Position numbers and translations under genes: made by a program. The notes under the pieces were generated by a model, which worked only from the letters and a program-made list of their open reading frames with translations, ran no database searches and was not told the origin of the DNA. Of a DNA stretch of 64,000 bases, positions 1 to 9,601 are shown one piece after another. Source of the DNA: a virus; IMG/VR virus record IMGVR_UViG_3300024262_000017, positions 1-64,000 of that record; one strand, written 5' to 3'. Positions within the stretch are counted from its first letter, which is position 1. The number at the start of each line of letters is the position of its first letter.

Positions 1-2
1 CA

Positions 3-185
3 GCAATCGGAGGGACTTCTCGTGGGTTGAGCCAGCCGCATGTTGTGTTTCCGTTTTCGTATAAGACAGTGAAGGAACTGTTCAGCTCGTACGGCCTGGA
101 GATTCGCGTGTTCCTTGAAGATGACATTGTGTACGGTGGAGAATTCGCCACGGCGACTTTCTACTGCACGTCAAAGGACGAATGA
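3..185 (+). CDS. hypothetical protein, 5'-truncated by the window edge
   Basis: Frame is open from nt 3 to TGA at 183-185, overlapping the next ATG (ATGATG coupling). Confidence 0.55.
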   Translation, partial: AIGGTSRGLSQPHVVFPFSYKTVKELFSSYGLEIRVFLEDDIVYGGEFATATFYCTSKDE

Positions 186-367
186 TGAAAGTCGATGCGA
201 TAATGGAGGTTGTTGAGGAATCGTTCCCGGACATACCGGAAGGTGAGCGTCACGAATTTGCCGACCAGATCAAAGAGTGCGTCTATCGGTATGGAGAAGC
301 GCGAACTATGAGCATCGGAGCAGCAGTAGAACTGATTCGAATGAAGAGAGAGGCCGGAAATGGATGA
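182..367 (+). CDS. small hypothetical protein
   Basis: 61-aa ORF translationally coupled to the ORFs on both sides. Confidence 0.65.
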   Translation: MMKVDAIMEVVEESFPDIPEGERHEFADQIKECVYRYGEARTMSIGAAVELIRMKREAGNG

Positions 368-860
368 CGTTCGCCTGGTGTTCACGGCTTCGCAGTCATG
401 GTTTGGCCGATTGATTCGGTGGTTTACGAAGAGCAAGACGAGTCATGTGTTCATCGAGTTCCCTGTGTGGGACCGAAGGATGGTCGTGGAGTCCACAGTT
501 GGCGGGACACGCATGGTGTTAGCAACTAAAGCACGACACGGGGTTGTGGCAGAGTACAAGCTGAACGTAGAGACCAAGCCGTCCTTAATTAAGCTGATGC
601 CATATCTCGGAACACCGTATGATTACTCTGGCCTTTTGCTGCTTGCTTGGGCAAGGATTGCACTATCTTGGGCAAAGGCTAAAGTGAAACAACCCCTCTG
701 GGGCACGAAGGCGGTGAAATGCTCAGAGCTGGTTGCTGTGTTCATTAATGAGCTGGGACTCTTACAGGAAGACTGGGTGTTTGAATTCATTTCTCCGGAG
801 GATATTCGAACATACGTTTCGAAGCATGAAGATAAATTCGAGCGCGTGTTGAACGCATGA
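360..860 (+). CDS. permuted papain-like (NlpC/P60, YiiX/YaeF-type) amidase
   Basis: Permuted catalytic order: SHV (His) near the N-terminus, then G.PYDY, then CSELVA (Cys) near the C-terminus; SD GAGGCCGGA. Confidence 0.85.
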   Translation: MDDVRLVFTASQSWFGRLIRWFTKSKTSHVFIEFPVWDRRMVVESTVGGTRMVLATKARHGVVAEYKLNVETKPSLIKLMPYLGTPYDYSGLLLLAWARIALSWAKAKVKQPLWGTKAVKCSELVAVFINELGLLQEDWVFEFISPEDIRTYVSKHEDKFERVLNA

Positions 861-873
861 AACATGGAAGCGA

Positions 874-1380
874 ATGCTGATAGAGCGTCCAAATCCCGAC
901 CAGGTGGTACTGCAAGCTGCAGCCTATCAACTGGATGGTACCGTGAAAACTACGCTGACGTCTGCCGTAGTTCGCGTTTACCATGTAAATTCCGCAGGGG
1001 TAGAGGTTGAAGACCTATCTCCTGTTGCAATGATACAAGTAGGAACGACGAATTTTTGGAGGTATAAATGGGAGCCGGCATCCCTAGTGGTTGGGCAGTA
1101 TTTTGCGGAGTATACTCTTGTGGACCCGGACGGTGCGACGTTTGTCGGCTCCGAGGATGTAGCTATTCAAGATTTCTCGGTCCAAAGCGACTTACTCTTA
1201 GTCAAGGCCGACATGGAATTGGTACGAAAAGTGGAGACAGGACGTTGGCGAATCGACAGGACACTGGACCAAATGATATTCTACGACGACGACAATACGA
1301 CTCCTCTGTTGACCTTCGACTTGAAGAACATCGACAGTCTTCCGGACCATGTCAACATTTTCGAGCGGGATCCTGCGTGA
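874..1380 (+). CDS. hypothetical beta-rich protein, possibly virion-associated
   Basis: 168-aa ORF in the operon, with an Ig-like beta-strand pattern. Confidence 0.6.
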   Translation: MLIERPNPDQVVLQAAAYQLDGTVKTTLTSAVVRVYHVNSAGVEVEDLSPVAMIQVGTTNFWRYKWEPASLVVGQYFAEYTLVDPDGATFVGSEDVAIQDFSVQSDLLLVKADMELVRKVETGRWRIDRTLDQMIFYDDDNTTPLLTFDLKNIDSLPDHVNIFERDPA

Positions 1381-1390
1381 GGTGACAAAG

Positions 1391-1831
1391 ATGCTACGTG
1401 AAGCATTCAAAAGAGGTTTAGAGGCTGCGTGGGCTGATGCTGGTTTGGAGAAGGAGGCTGGTTTACTAAGCAAAGTGCTTACACACCCAGCAACTGTTGG
1501 TGGTGTGCTCGGTTCTGGCGGTTCTGTTATTTCTGACTTGGTGAGTGGTAACACTCCTAGTTGGAAGAAGGCACTGGGTGCAGGTGCTGCAGGTGCTACA
1601 GTGGGAGCCGGAGTGCGTCATGGGGCTCCACTGTTACATCGCTTGGCTAAGAAATTCCCGAGTGTTGGAAAAAGTATGTTGACTTCGTCTGGGCAATTGG
1701 CGCCAGGCATTGCTGACATTGGGTGGTTGGCGCCTTCGTTGTTGGCTGCTCCGGCAATGATGGCAGCTGCTGGTGGAGAGGGTAACAATGCATCCGGGAA
1801 GTCACACTTTCGCTTCAGAGGTAAACGGTAG
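1391..1831 (+). CDS. leader-family Gly-rich protein (MLREAFKRGLEAAWADAGLEKEAG...)
   Basis: Start moved to ATG 1391 (SD GAGGTG); shared leader followed by glycine-zipper-like segments. Confidence 0.75.
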   Translation: MLREAFKRGLEAAWADAGLEKEAGLLSKVLTHPATVGGVLGSGGSVISDLVSGNTPSWKKALGAGAAGATVGAGVRHGAPLLHRLAKKFPSVGKSMLTSSGQLAPGIADIGWLAPSLLAAPAMMAAAGGEGNNASGKSHFRFRGKR

Positions 1832-1839
1832 GAGATGAT

Positions 1840-2478
1840 GTGCCGACAATTATCACAAGAGGTCTTGGGTATGACGAACCGACGATTATTTATCGTCGTA
1901 TCGGAGATCATATTGTTGCTCACATCATTGTCACAGATACGGTTGTTGGTACGGTTGTCCTTGATGACATGCCTGCAGCAAGTGTCGTATCAATTCCATA
2001 CCCTATTCAAGCGTCCATTGTGTTGGCTGACGAAATCGGTGCTGTCCTGGTTGTGTCTCAACAGATTTACGGTACTGTCGTAGAGGAGGGTCCTTGCATG
2101 GCCAATGAAGATTATCAAGTTAGGATGTACAAAGGCGATGATAGAACATTGGAAGTAACATTGTCGTGGCCTAGTGGTGACCCTGTTGATTTGACGGACT
2201 CAGAAATTCGATTCACTGTCAAAGAGAAGACAAGCATTTCGCAAGCGAATGCTTCTATCAAAAAAGCTAATTCAAAAGCAGGTGGTAGTGACCTTCAGAT
2301 TAAGGTTATCAGTGCTGTTGGTGGACGTTGTGATATCTATTTGGTCCAAGGAGATACTGAAACCATGAACCCAGGTACTTATTACTGGGATATCGAATTG
2401 GTCTTGTCTACAGGGAAAAAGGTTACAGCTATTCGTTCACGCATTACACTGAAAGATGACGTAACTACAACAACCTGA
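1840..2478 (+). CDS. virion protein with a BppU-N-like (baseplate upper/adaptor) domain
   Basis: C-terminal half YKGDDRTL..GDPVDLT..IRFTVK..GTYYWDIEL resembles BppU N-terminal domains. Confidence 0.55.
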   Translation: MPTIITRGLGYDEPTIIYRRIGDHIVAHIIVTDTVVGTVVLDDMPAASVVSIPYPIQASIVLADEIGAVLVVSQQIYGTVVEEGPCMANEDYQVRMYKGDDRTLEVTLSWPSGDPVDLTDSEIRFTVKEKTSISQANASIKKANSKAGGSDLQIKVISAVGGRCDIYLVQGDTETMNPGTYYWDIELVLSTGKKVTAIRSRITLKDDVTTTT

Positions 2479-2497
2479 TGCGGAGTAGTGGTGTGAT

Positions 2498-2926
2498 ATG
2501 TGTGATGAGAAAAAAGCCCGGGTGTTGTTGGTGGAAGACGATGTAACCATCCGTGCTATGTATGCTGCAGTATTACGCAAAGCAGGTTTTATCGTTGAAG
2601 AAGAAGACTCAGCAATAGAGGCGTTAGAGTTACTTGCTTCTGGGGAAAAATACGACACAGTCATTACAGACGTTATGATGGCACGTATGGATGGTTGGGA
2701 ATTCCTAAAAGCTATTCGGGCTGGGTTGAAGTTGGACAGTGTAGCTCTTCCAGTCATTGTGATGAGTGCACATTTTTCTAGTGATACTTTGCGAGTAGAG
2801 GCTTTTCAAAAGGGGGCAAGTGCAACATATACCAAAGCAGAACCGTTATCCAAACTCCTAAATGAGGTTCGGATTCACACGGGACGCCAAAGGAGCAGGT
2901 TCGATGACACCACCATCCCCGACTGA
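2498..2926 (+). CDS. stand-alone CheY-like response-regulator receiver protein
   Basis: VLLVEDD acidic pocket, phosphoacceptor D in TDVMMARMDG, switch S in MSA, conserved K in YTK. Confidence 0.9.
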   Translation: MCDEKKARVLLVEDDVTIRAMYAAVLRKAGFIVEEEDSAIEALELLASGEKYDTVITDVMMARMDGWEFLKAIRAGLKLDSVALPVIVMSAHFSSDTLRVEAFQKGASATYTKAEPLSKLLNEVRIHTGRQRSRFDDTTIPD

Positions 2927-3329
2927 CATTGTGAACATCCCTTGGGAAATTATTCTCCCCACTGCAACAGCTGTATTGGGTGCATTTGGTGTAACAATCC
3001 GCTTATTATATAAGGCTTTTCAGAAGCAATTGGATGAAAAAACAGAACATAATCATGAACTCGTGGTACAATTAAGTGAGCGTGTGGACAAGTACTATAG
3101 TGCACATGAAAGGTTACGAGATAAGTGGGATGAGTTTTTGCGGGAGTACTTGAAGATTGATAGTACACGAGGTCAGAAAGTGGAAGCGCTATTCAGAGTT
3201 GTTGACCTAATGCAAAAAGCGGTAGATGGGATTCCTCGTAATCTCAATAGCAAGGTTGAAGAGGCTTTTACTCACTCTCTTAGCGAGTTAAAACTTTACG
3301 TGCGCGAACTGGTTTCGAAAGGACACTAA
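2904..3329 (+). CDS. single-TM coiled-coil membrane protein (holin-like candidate)
   Basis: Start at ATG 2904 with SD AAGGAG; N-terminal hydrophobic helix then a helical tail; close to the endolysin. Confidence 0.5.
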   Translation: MTPPSPTDIVNIPWEIILPTATAVLGAFGVTIRLLYKAFQKQLDEKTEHNHELVVQLSERVDKYYSAHERLRDKWDEFLREYLKIDSTRGQKVEALFRVVDLMQKAVDGIPRNLNSKVEEAFTHSLSELKLYVRELVSKGH

Positions 3330-3330
3330 G

Positions 3331-3546
3331 ATGTCTAATATCGAACAGGTACGTGGAATTTGTGATGAAGTTGAAATGACACCAGCTCAGTGCAATGACA
3401 TCATAGAGGATAAACTCTTACACTTACTTCCATTAATGAAACAGGCACTGGGTACATTTCAGCGTGTAGAACACGCATTAGCCAACGGAGGTTTTAGTTG
3501 GCGTAAAGCATTTGAAAATGCAAAGAAAAAGACATCAAGCGAGTAG
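3331..3546 (+). CDS. small hypothetical protein
   Basis: SD AAGGA; coupled to the upstream ORF. Confidence 0.6.
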   Translation: MSNIEQVRGICDEVEMTPAQCNDIIEDKLLHLLPLMKQALGTFQRVEHALANGGFSWRKAFENAKKKTSSE

Positions 3547-4347
3547 ATCTTCTGCCTCACTATTAAACAAAGCAACTACATTTTTAGCCATGACGGTGGG
3601 TTCAAGGGAGTCGAAGCCTTTGATGGGTTTCCAGCTGAACACCAGTCTGTTTAGATTCGCCAAAGGCCAAAGAGGACCACAGTCTTTTTTACGTGTAGGG
3701 TCTACCATTTCGTGGTCTACGAAATTCTTTTGCAGTAATGTGGGAAGTGCACAGATGAGCAATCGCTTGAGTGCGATGTTGTTAACGACTTGAGTGGAGA
3801 GGTAGGGCTCCCATAATTCTCCGTAGACTTCTTGTACGTGGGGGACTCGGTCTAAAGGGTATGGGTGCTGTTCCATGTAGAGTATCTTGGTACCCGATTT
3901 ACTTAGTAAACCCGCGTTCACGTGTTCAACTCCAATGTGTGTATAGCTGGTTTTCCGAGCATGCCAGGCAACAGACTTGAGTGGGTTTACCACTGTTGCG
4001 ATTACACCGCGACGGCTCATCACATAATGAGAAGAGGATGTAAGAGGGGTGTCACGCTTCTGACTGGAGAACCAACGCAGCGTTCCTCTGGCAGAAACCC
4101 CGGCAGTGTAATGGTCTACCCACCCGATAGGTTTGTCATCGTCCCAGGGCGGTCCCACGCGGTCAGTGGGGAAATATTTTCGATAGAATGAATCCCCTAC
4201 AAGGCGTTTGATATGACCCTCACCTTCGGTTGCCAGGTCAGACACAGCCTTTATTGCATCGGCTTCACTTAGTTTTTCTCCTCCCAGGAGAGCAGAGAAT
4301 GTTTCACGAAGTGATTCATTTTCTATCCAAGTAAACCAATCAGACAT
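3535..4347 (-). CDS. N-acetylmuramoyl-L-alanine amidase (Amidase_2), probable endolysin
   Basis: Zn-amidase motifs VDHYTAG, SSHY, AWHA, IGVEHVN, VDHEMVDPTRKKDCG; SD AGGAG. Confidence 0.88.
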   Translation of the reverse strand: MSDWFTWIENESLRETFSALLGGEKLSEADAIKAVSDLATEGEGHIKRLVGDSFYRKYFPTDRVGPPWDDDKPIGWVDHYTAGVSARGTLRWFSSQKRDTPLTSSSHYVMSRRGVIATVVNPLKSVAWHARKTSYTHIGVEHVNAGLLSKSGTKILYMEQHPYPLDRVPHVQEVYGELWEPYLSTQVVNNIALKRLLICALPTLLQKNFVDHEMVDPTRKKDCGPLWPLANLNRLVFSWKPIKGFDSLEPTVMAKNVVALFNSEAEDLLA

Positions 4348-4360
4348 TTTGTTCTCCTAG

Positions 4361-4387
4361 AAAAAAAGCGGTAGCTTTCGCTACCGC
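4361..4387 (-). terminator. Rho-independent terminator
   Basis: Minus strand GCGGTAGC-GAAA-GCTACCGC (8-bp stem, GNRA loop) followed by T7. Confidence 0.85.
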
Positions 4388-4412
4388 CATGTGTGCACCC
4401 GCAACTCAAGGG

Positions 4413-4604
4413 TTAGATGTTTTTCTGTTCCAAAGAAGCAGCTTGCAACCGAGCCGGGATGCTATTCCCGACGTAATAACCAGTTTCCTTCGTACCACCA
4501 CGGGTTGCGCGCGTATACTTCCACAAGGCCTGGTCTCGGGTCTTGGCGAATTTCTTTGCAGCTGCATACTCATTTCGTTCGAACCAACTTTTCGGTCTGG
4601 CCAT
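4413..4604 (-). CDS. small basic hypothetical protein
   Basis: SD AAGGAG; immediately followed by the terminator. Confidence 0.65.
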   Translation of the reverse strand: MARPKSWFERNEYAAAKKFAKTRDQALWKYTRATRGGTKETGYYVGNSIPARLQAASLEQKNI

Positions 4605-4628
4605 AACATTCTCCTTCGTGTGCTTTCG

Positions 4629-4934
4629 TTAGTGTTGTTCTGCTTGTGCAAAAACAGATTGCGGAGCACGAAAATGGTTATAGCTTTGTAACCGTGCAAT
4701 TGTCAAGTGAAGTTCTTCACTGTGAGTGAAGGAATTTTCTAACAATGTTTGCCTGCGTTCTATTGCGATGAGAACTTGTTCATATTTGATTAATGCAGTT
4801 GAGACAGCGTGGACAGTGTGTTGTGTATGTTGTTCAACTATGGAAAAACGTTCTTGTGTCTTGATGAGAATGACTACTGACGTAATCAGACTGACGATTC
4901 CAATGAGACACAGAGTGATAGAGAACTTACGCAA
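4629..4934 (-). CDS. N-terminally membrane-anchored coiled-coil protein (spanin-like candidate)
   Basis: Hydrophobic N-terminal helix plus helical C-terminus, near the lysis genes; the function is a guess. Confidence 0.45.
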   Translation of the reverse strand: MRKFSITLCLIGIVSLITSVVILIKTQERFSIVEQHTQHTVHAVSTALIKYEQVLIAIERRQTLLENSFTHSEELHLTIARLQSYNHFRAPQSVFAQAEQH

Positions 4935-5142
4935 CAGGAGATACCTTATTTTCAGTAAGTTCTAGAAGGCCACTGTGCAGTTGTTCTAAACAGTTGGCGC
5001 AAATATGCAAAGGGTTCCCACTGAAAACACTTTGCAGAACGACGACTGCGGATACTCGATTCCGGCAGTGGTGGCAGAACGGTGTGTGACTAAAGCTCTT
5101 TACCTGGTAAACAGGGGTAACTTTTTCTGGTTCGGAGTCCAC
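4927..5142 (-). CDS. small Zn-finger protein
   Basis: CHHC ... CANC. Confidence 0.55.
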   Translation of the reverse strand: MDSEPEKVTPVYQVKSFSHTPFCHHCRNRVSAVVVLQSVFSGNPLHICANCLEQLHSGLLELTENKVSPVA

Positions 5143-5286
5143 TTAGTTCGTACCTTTACGTATGTAGTTTTCGGCTTCAGTTGTTAGCATACCACGATTT
5201 TTGAGCGTGGCAATCATCTTCTCCTTTCGGTAGGTGTCTTCATTGGATAAAGAAACGGTTTTGATTGTCGGGACTGTTGTTGCCAT
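5143..5286 (-). CDS. 47-aa hypothetical protein (absent from the ORF track)
   Basis: SD GAGGTG + ATG; MATTVPTIKT...YIRKGTN*; fills the gap and abuts the next start. Confidence 0.55.
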   Translation of the reverse strand: MATTVPTIKTVSLSNEDTYRKEKMIATLKNRGMLTTEAENYIRKGTN

Positions 5287-5294
5287 AAGTCACC

Positions 5295-7037
5295 TCACGA
5301 GCATTCAGTGCTGTTATTTTCTTCGGCCGCAGGTTCTAAATCAGGCCCAAGAGATGTGAGGACGTCCTCAGTATCTGAGGTAGTCCCTGTTGTTAGATTT
5401 TCAAGTAAAGAAATTTGCCGTTCTATTTCGTCTACTGCGGTTCCAATACTCTCAGCTGCCTGGGCATAAGCTGTAGATATTACCTGGGTGTTTGTACCAA
5501 CTAGCATGTCCATGAGCGTGATGAATGCCTCTAATTTGCCTACCGTTGCAGACCCTGCATACAGAACGAAACCGGTAAGTACTTCGTCTCCACGATCGAA
5601 TGGTGGTCTGTTTGGGTCATTTGAGTCATTGAGGGCGTTACCTACGATACTGATGAGCTTGCTATTACCACCCTTGTCTGCGAATGGGTAGACTCCAATG
5701 TAGACATCAGGGAAATCGAGCAGGTCTATAATGTTTTGTATGGTGTCTAAAACGTTTTCTGCGAGTTTTACGTATCGATTGATTTCTGTGGTGAGTGCTG
5801 CTAAGAACTTCGTGTATTTGTCAGAGGCACTGTCAAGGCGTTCTTCCAAAGTATCTAAGAATGTATTAACGGAGTTAACTACTTCAACCAAGTCAGGAAT
5901 CATTGCAAGTGGGTTGGGAAACAGCATCCAATCTGGTGGTACGCCTGACCGGGGAAGTAGATTAATCTCATTTGGAATTGCAATGGTTGTAACAGCATCT
6001 GCAGCAGCGTCGTACGTAAGCTTATTTCGTAGGACGTAGGTATCGTCTGATTGGAGGGTCTCGGCTTTAGCCTCGATTTCATACCCAACACCATAAGTGT
6101 AAGTGCGATTTAGTTCGATGGTGTCGTCATAAAAGCTGCTGAGTAAACCATCGAATTCGAAGGATTGTAATGCATACAGCTTTGCAAGACCCGTAGGATT
6201 TGCGTAAGTGGAGAAGGTGTCTGGTTTTTCTGCACGAAAGATATGTACCTTTTGGATTGTGAATGTGTAACGAATATAACCTTTGACGACAACTTGAATG
6301 CGTTCAGGGAGTTCCCAAGTAAGCTTTACACCATAAGGGTGAGTGGACCCTCCCCCGGATTTTCGATTTTGAATTCGTTGAAGTTGCCCCACAACAGAGG
6401 GCACAATCTCGGCCTTGAGTTGCTTTGTTTTTGGGATAGAAAAACCATCGGTGCTACCTATCCCCTCACCCGCCCCGGACTTCTTTTTTCCTGAGAGTAG
6501 ACGCTTCAATTTTTCAATGAGAGGAAGGATATCCAAAAAAGAATCTGCGCCGGCCACGACGACCATGCCGGCAATGTGGGCATCGTCATCAAACTCTGGC
6601 TTCAGTATGTCTCCAGAATCGTGGAGAGACCCAATGAGGTCACTAAGAAAGCCGTAGTTTCCACCTCCACCTCCGCCAACGGGCGGAAGGAATACACTAC
6701 CCCCAGCCGCAGGCTCTGAGCCACCGGGTGTGGGGTCATAAATAAGGTCGCCAGAGGCAATGACATTCTTGAAGTGAACAGGGATTGGTAGGAAGTAGCA
6801 ACCAGCATCCCCTACCAGGTCTTTTAGAATTGCTCGGACGGTTTCAATGGCTGCTTTGATGACTGAGGCTTCGAGGTCAGGTACGTCCACGAGTATGGCG
6901 GAAACAACTTCCATGATTGCTTTGACAGAGGAGAGAATGCTCTCCATGGTGGACATGATAGGCGCTATAGCACTGCCAACCTCGTTTAAGGCTCGGATTG
7001 CGGCAGCGTTTTCGGGTTTCCAGTTTGCCCATGCCAT
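5295..7037 (-). CDS. putative baseplate/tail structural protein
   Basis: 580 aa, downstream of the spike gene; helical ends with a central FN3-like segment (VKLTW...YTYGV). Confidence 0.5.
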   Translation of the reverse strand: MAWANWKPENAAAIRALNEVGSAIAPIMSTMESILSSVKAIMEVVSAILVDVPDLEASVIKAAIETVRAILKDLVGDAGCYFLPIPVHFKNVIASGDLIYDPTPGGSEPAAGGSVFLPPVGGGGGGNYGFLSDLIGSLHDSGDILKPEFDDDAHIAGMVVVAGADSFLDILPLIEKLKRLLSGKKKSGAGEGIGSTDGFSIPKTKQLKAEIVPSVVGQLQRIQNRKSGGGSTHPYGVKLTWELPERIQVVVKGYIRYTFTIQKVHIFRAEKPDTFSTYANPTGLAKLYALQSFEFDGLLSSFYDDTIELNRTYTYGVGYEIEAKAETLQSDDTYVLRNKLTYDAAADAVTTIAIPNEINLLPRSGVPPDWMLFPNPLAMIPDLVEVVNSVNTFLDTLEERLDSASDKYTKFLAALTTEINRYVKLAENVLDTIQNIIDLLDFPDVYIGVYPFADKGGNSKLISIVGNALNDSNDPNRPPFDRGDEVLTGFVLYAGSATVGKLEAFITLMDMLVGTNTQVISTAYAQAAESIGTAVDEIERQISLLENLTTGTTSDTEDVLTSLGPDLEPAAEENNSTECS

Positions 7038-7207
7038 TGCTTTTTCCTCTCAGCTTCACGGTCTTTGTCTGCAGTCAGCATACGCACTTGAAGTGTAGTG
7101 CGAGCGGAGAGTTGGTGTGCCTTGAGCTCAGTTAGTGCTCTGTATAGGCGTGCAAGGTGGGGTAGCAGCCTGGCCGCAGGTGTGTTTTTGGTACGCACCC
7201 AGCTCAT
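6986..7207 (-). CDS. small hypothetical protein
   Basis: ATG directly follows the spike stop codon (TAAATG). Confidence 0.5.
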   Translation of the reverse strand: MSWVRTKNTPAARLLPHLARLYRALTELKAHQLSARTTLQVRMLTADKDREAERKKQWHGQTGNPKTLPQSEP

Positions 7208-8686
7208 TTAGCCCCCAATCATTACTTTCTGAGACTTACATGGAACTAAAAGTGGTTCCAAGACAGCCTGAGCAGGGAATGGAACCACTGCTGGTGCCGA
7301 AGGACCAATTCCCGTTGGGTGAATGTGTGTAGTGGCCCACAAAAAAAGTTGCTTCAAGAGTATTTCTAAGGGTTCCCACATGACTGCGTGGGTTATGGCT
7401 ACGCCACCAACAGACCCGAGCAGAACGCTGTCAGGGATAAGGGTGTCGAGAACTATTTTGTCTGCTTTTGAACTGAACAGTATCTTACCACCTGCGTTGT
7501 AGGTGTTGAATTCAATATGGCTTTGAGCTTGACCAGTGTCTGTTCCTGGGTAACCGACATCAACAACCCAGGATCCATTGGAGACCATCCAGTCAGCAGC
7601 CTTTGTGAGCGGAGTTGCAGCTGGGTCGCCACTGACTTTCAGGTTATGGATTCTCCCTACTTGCATTACCCAGTCACGACTGATGACATCGGCACGGTCA
7701 TTCAAGATATTGCAGGATTTATTTTGGCTGACAATGGTATCTTGGGAACCTGCAAAGTTCTCTATTCGGTTGCTTCCAACGGTAAGCAGGTCAGCCCCGC
7801 CTACTTCACAGCTACGGTCGCCTTTGTAGGTGAACCCCATATTACCATTGTATTCTTGCTGTTGGTCACCACTAGACATACTGAGAATAGACCCATCAGC
7901 TTTCCACACAGTTTTTGCAACAGCTTCACCGTCGCGGTTATTGATTCGAAAATCTACAAGGCCTTCAGCTTCACCTCCGACCCTGGCTTGCACAGTCCAA
8001 TTATCACGCCCGTACCCAGTTTCGAGTGTCTGGTCTGTCCCACCCTCGAACACCATCCCACTTTTACCTGAGTCGTCGAAGAAACGAATGTTGCCAAAAC
8101 CTGTGACGATATTCAGATTACGCCCCACAACGAAGGTAGTGTCATCTTGTTGGGAACAAGACATCTGGCTCCAAGGAGCGGCGAACAGTGCTGCAATTCC
8201 ACCATCAAGCAGAGCTAAATGCTGGCCCTGGTTTCCCAGCCACATCCAATCCCCAGGAAGCATAGTGGTGGGTAGGCGCCCGACATAGCTGGCTGGGGCA
8301 GAGGGTGAAAAAGCTCCAGAGTTGTTCAGGGATTGAATTGCAGCTCGGTGCATTGAAGCCGAGCCACCCAGGTTGGAATTGATATCTGAGGAACCAGGGA
8401 GGACTTGCGTGATGAAAGGAACACCTATTCCTTGCTGCAGAATGACCTGTTGGCCCGCCCGAGGGACGTAAATTCGCCCCCCACACCCCTCAGAATCCTG
8501 GACTAAATAGGGGAATGGCACTCCACTGAAGCGTCCTTGGGTCTCAGTTTCTACGCTGCAGGTAAGGGTTGGGGGATTGACTGCAACAATGTTTCCACGT
8601 TCAACCCACTGGTTACGAAGATTGGTATCTTCGAAAGGTTCACCAAAAGAGAGTGCGCGCCTAGTGGGTGTTTGGGGGCTGGTCAT
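7208..8686 (-). CDS. baseplate central spike (gp5/gpV/VgrG-like)
   Basis: N-terminal OB-fold-like segment (..YVPRAGQQVIL), beta-helix-like repeats, C-terminal THIHPTG metal-binding apex. Confidence 0.75.
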   Translation of the reverse strand: MTSPQTPTRRALSFGEPFEDTNLRNQWVERGNIVAVNPPTLTCSVETETQGRFSGVPFPYLVQDSEGCGGRIYVPRAGQQVILQQGIGVPFITQVLPGSSDINSNLGGSASMHRAAIQSLNNSGAFSPSAPASYVGRLPTTMLPGDWMWLGNQGQHLALLDGGIAALFAAPWSQMSCSQQDDTTFVVGRNLNIVTGFGNIRFFDDSGKSGMVFEGGTDQTLETGYGRDNWTVQARVGGEAEGLVDFRINNRDGEAVAKTVWKADGSILSMSSGDQQQEYNGNMGFTYKGDRSCEVGGADLLTVGSNRIENFAGSQDTIVSQNKSCNILNDRADVISRDWVMQVGRIHNLKVSGDPAATPLTKAADWMVSNGSWVVDVGYPGTDTGQAQSHIEFNTYNAGGKILFSSKADKIVLDTLIPDSVLLGSVGGVAITHAVMWEPLEILLKQLFLWATTHIHPTGIGPSAPAVVPFPAQAVLEPLLVPCKSQKVMIGG

Positions 8687-8695
8687 GTCTTAGAA

Positions 8696-8703
8696 ATTAT
8701 AGG
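8696..8703 (-). promoter_or_regulatory. CC-TATAAT -10 element upstream of the spike gene
   Basis: Matches the CC-TAYYAT family; 9 nt from the ATG; no clear -35 at 17 bp. Confidence 0.45.
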
Positions 8704-8776
8704 TGATTCAAGCGACAAGACCTAGAAGTTTCTGTGTAGGGCTTTTAGGCTGTGAGGGAAATACAAATCTTCCAGC

Positions 8777-9565
8777 TTAGGAGTCGAGGTCGTGGTCTAA
8801 AACTGTGTCGAGACCTTCACCCGGGTTGACTGTAACACCGGAGTCCTTGAAGATTGCCTGGAAAATGGGGGAGTCACCAGGACTCATGGGGTTGTAGTTG
8901 ACCAAGTTCTCTTCTTCAGGTTTACCAGAACCGTGGGTAGAGATAGGCATCAGACGGTCAAAGAACAAGGACACATTTTCCATGACCATATTTTGACCGG
9001 CGCTGACACCAATAGCCCATGAATTGATTTGGCACAATTCCATATAGAAGGCACCAATCTCATCATGGAGCTTATCTCGGAAGAACACAGCCATACCAAA
9101 GGGAATCAGGAAAAGTTCTGAATCCAAGTTGGCGTAAAACTTTGATTCCTTGTTGTGCCAAGTTGCGGGTTCATCAAACTTGGTTGCATCAATACCACTT
9201 CGAATTGCGTTGGTCTGCAAGGCTCGAAGAAGGTTGCGACCATTGACGAACAAGCGTTGGATGTTGGCCTGACCCTGAGCTTTGCCACTGATGTAAAACC
9301 CACGACCAGACCCAACGGCTTGCATAGGCGTTGTGGGTTTTTGCTGAGAAACTTGCATGCTTTGGATCATGCCAATGGGCAGAAGCTGGTCGAAAATGGC
9401 TTGGGGTTTTTGATTTACCATCCGGGGAGGACCAGCAAGAATCAAAGTATCGTCTGGGTGTGCTGAACTCAGAGCCGAGTGATCCATCAAACGTTCGACG
9501 TATGATTGCTGAAATTTCCAGCTGCTGGTGTCGACGACTGCGGACGGGGTTACTTGAGTGGCCAT
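8777..9565 (-). CDS. tail tube protein (putative)
   Basis: Lies between sheath and spike; beta-rich pattern (IGMIQSMQVSQQ..VGS..; YMELCQINSW..MENVSL) typical of myophage tubes. Confidence 0.6.
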   Translation of the reverse strand: MATQVTPSAVVDTSSWKFQQSYVERLMDHSALSSAHPDDTLILAGPPRMVNQKPQAIFDQLLPIGMIQSMQVSQQKPTTPMQAVGSGRGFYISGKAQGQANIQRLFVNGRNLLRALQTNAIRSGIDATKFDEPATWHNKESKFYANLDSELFLIPFGMAVFFRDKLHDEIGAFYMELCQINSWAIGVSAGQNMVMENVSLFFDRLMPISTHGSGKPEEENLVNYNPMSPGDSPIFQAIFKDSGVTVNPGEGLDTVLDHDLDS

Positions 9566-9601
9566 TCATCATCTCCTTAAAGGACAGAGGTATCGCCTAT
9601 T

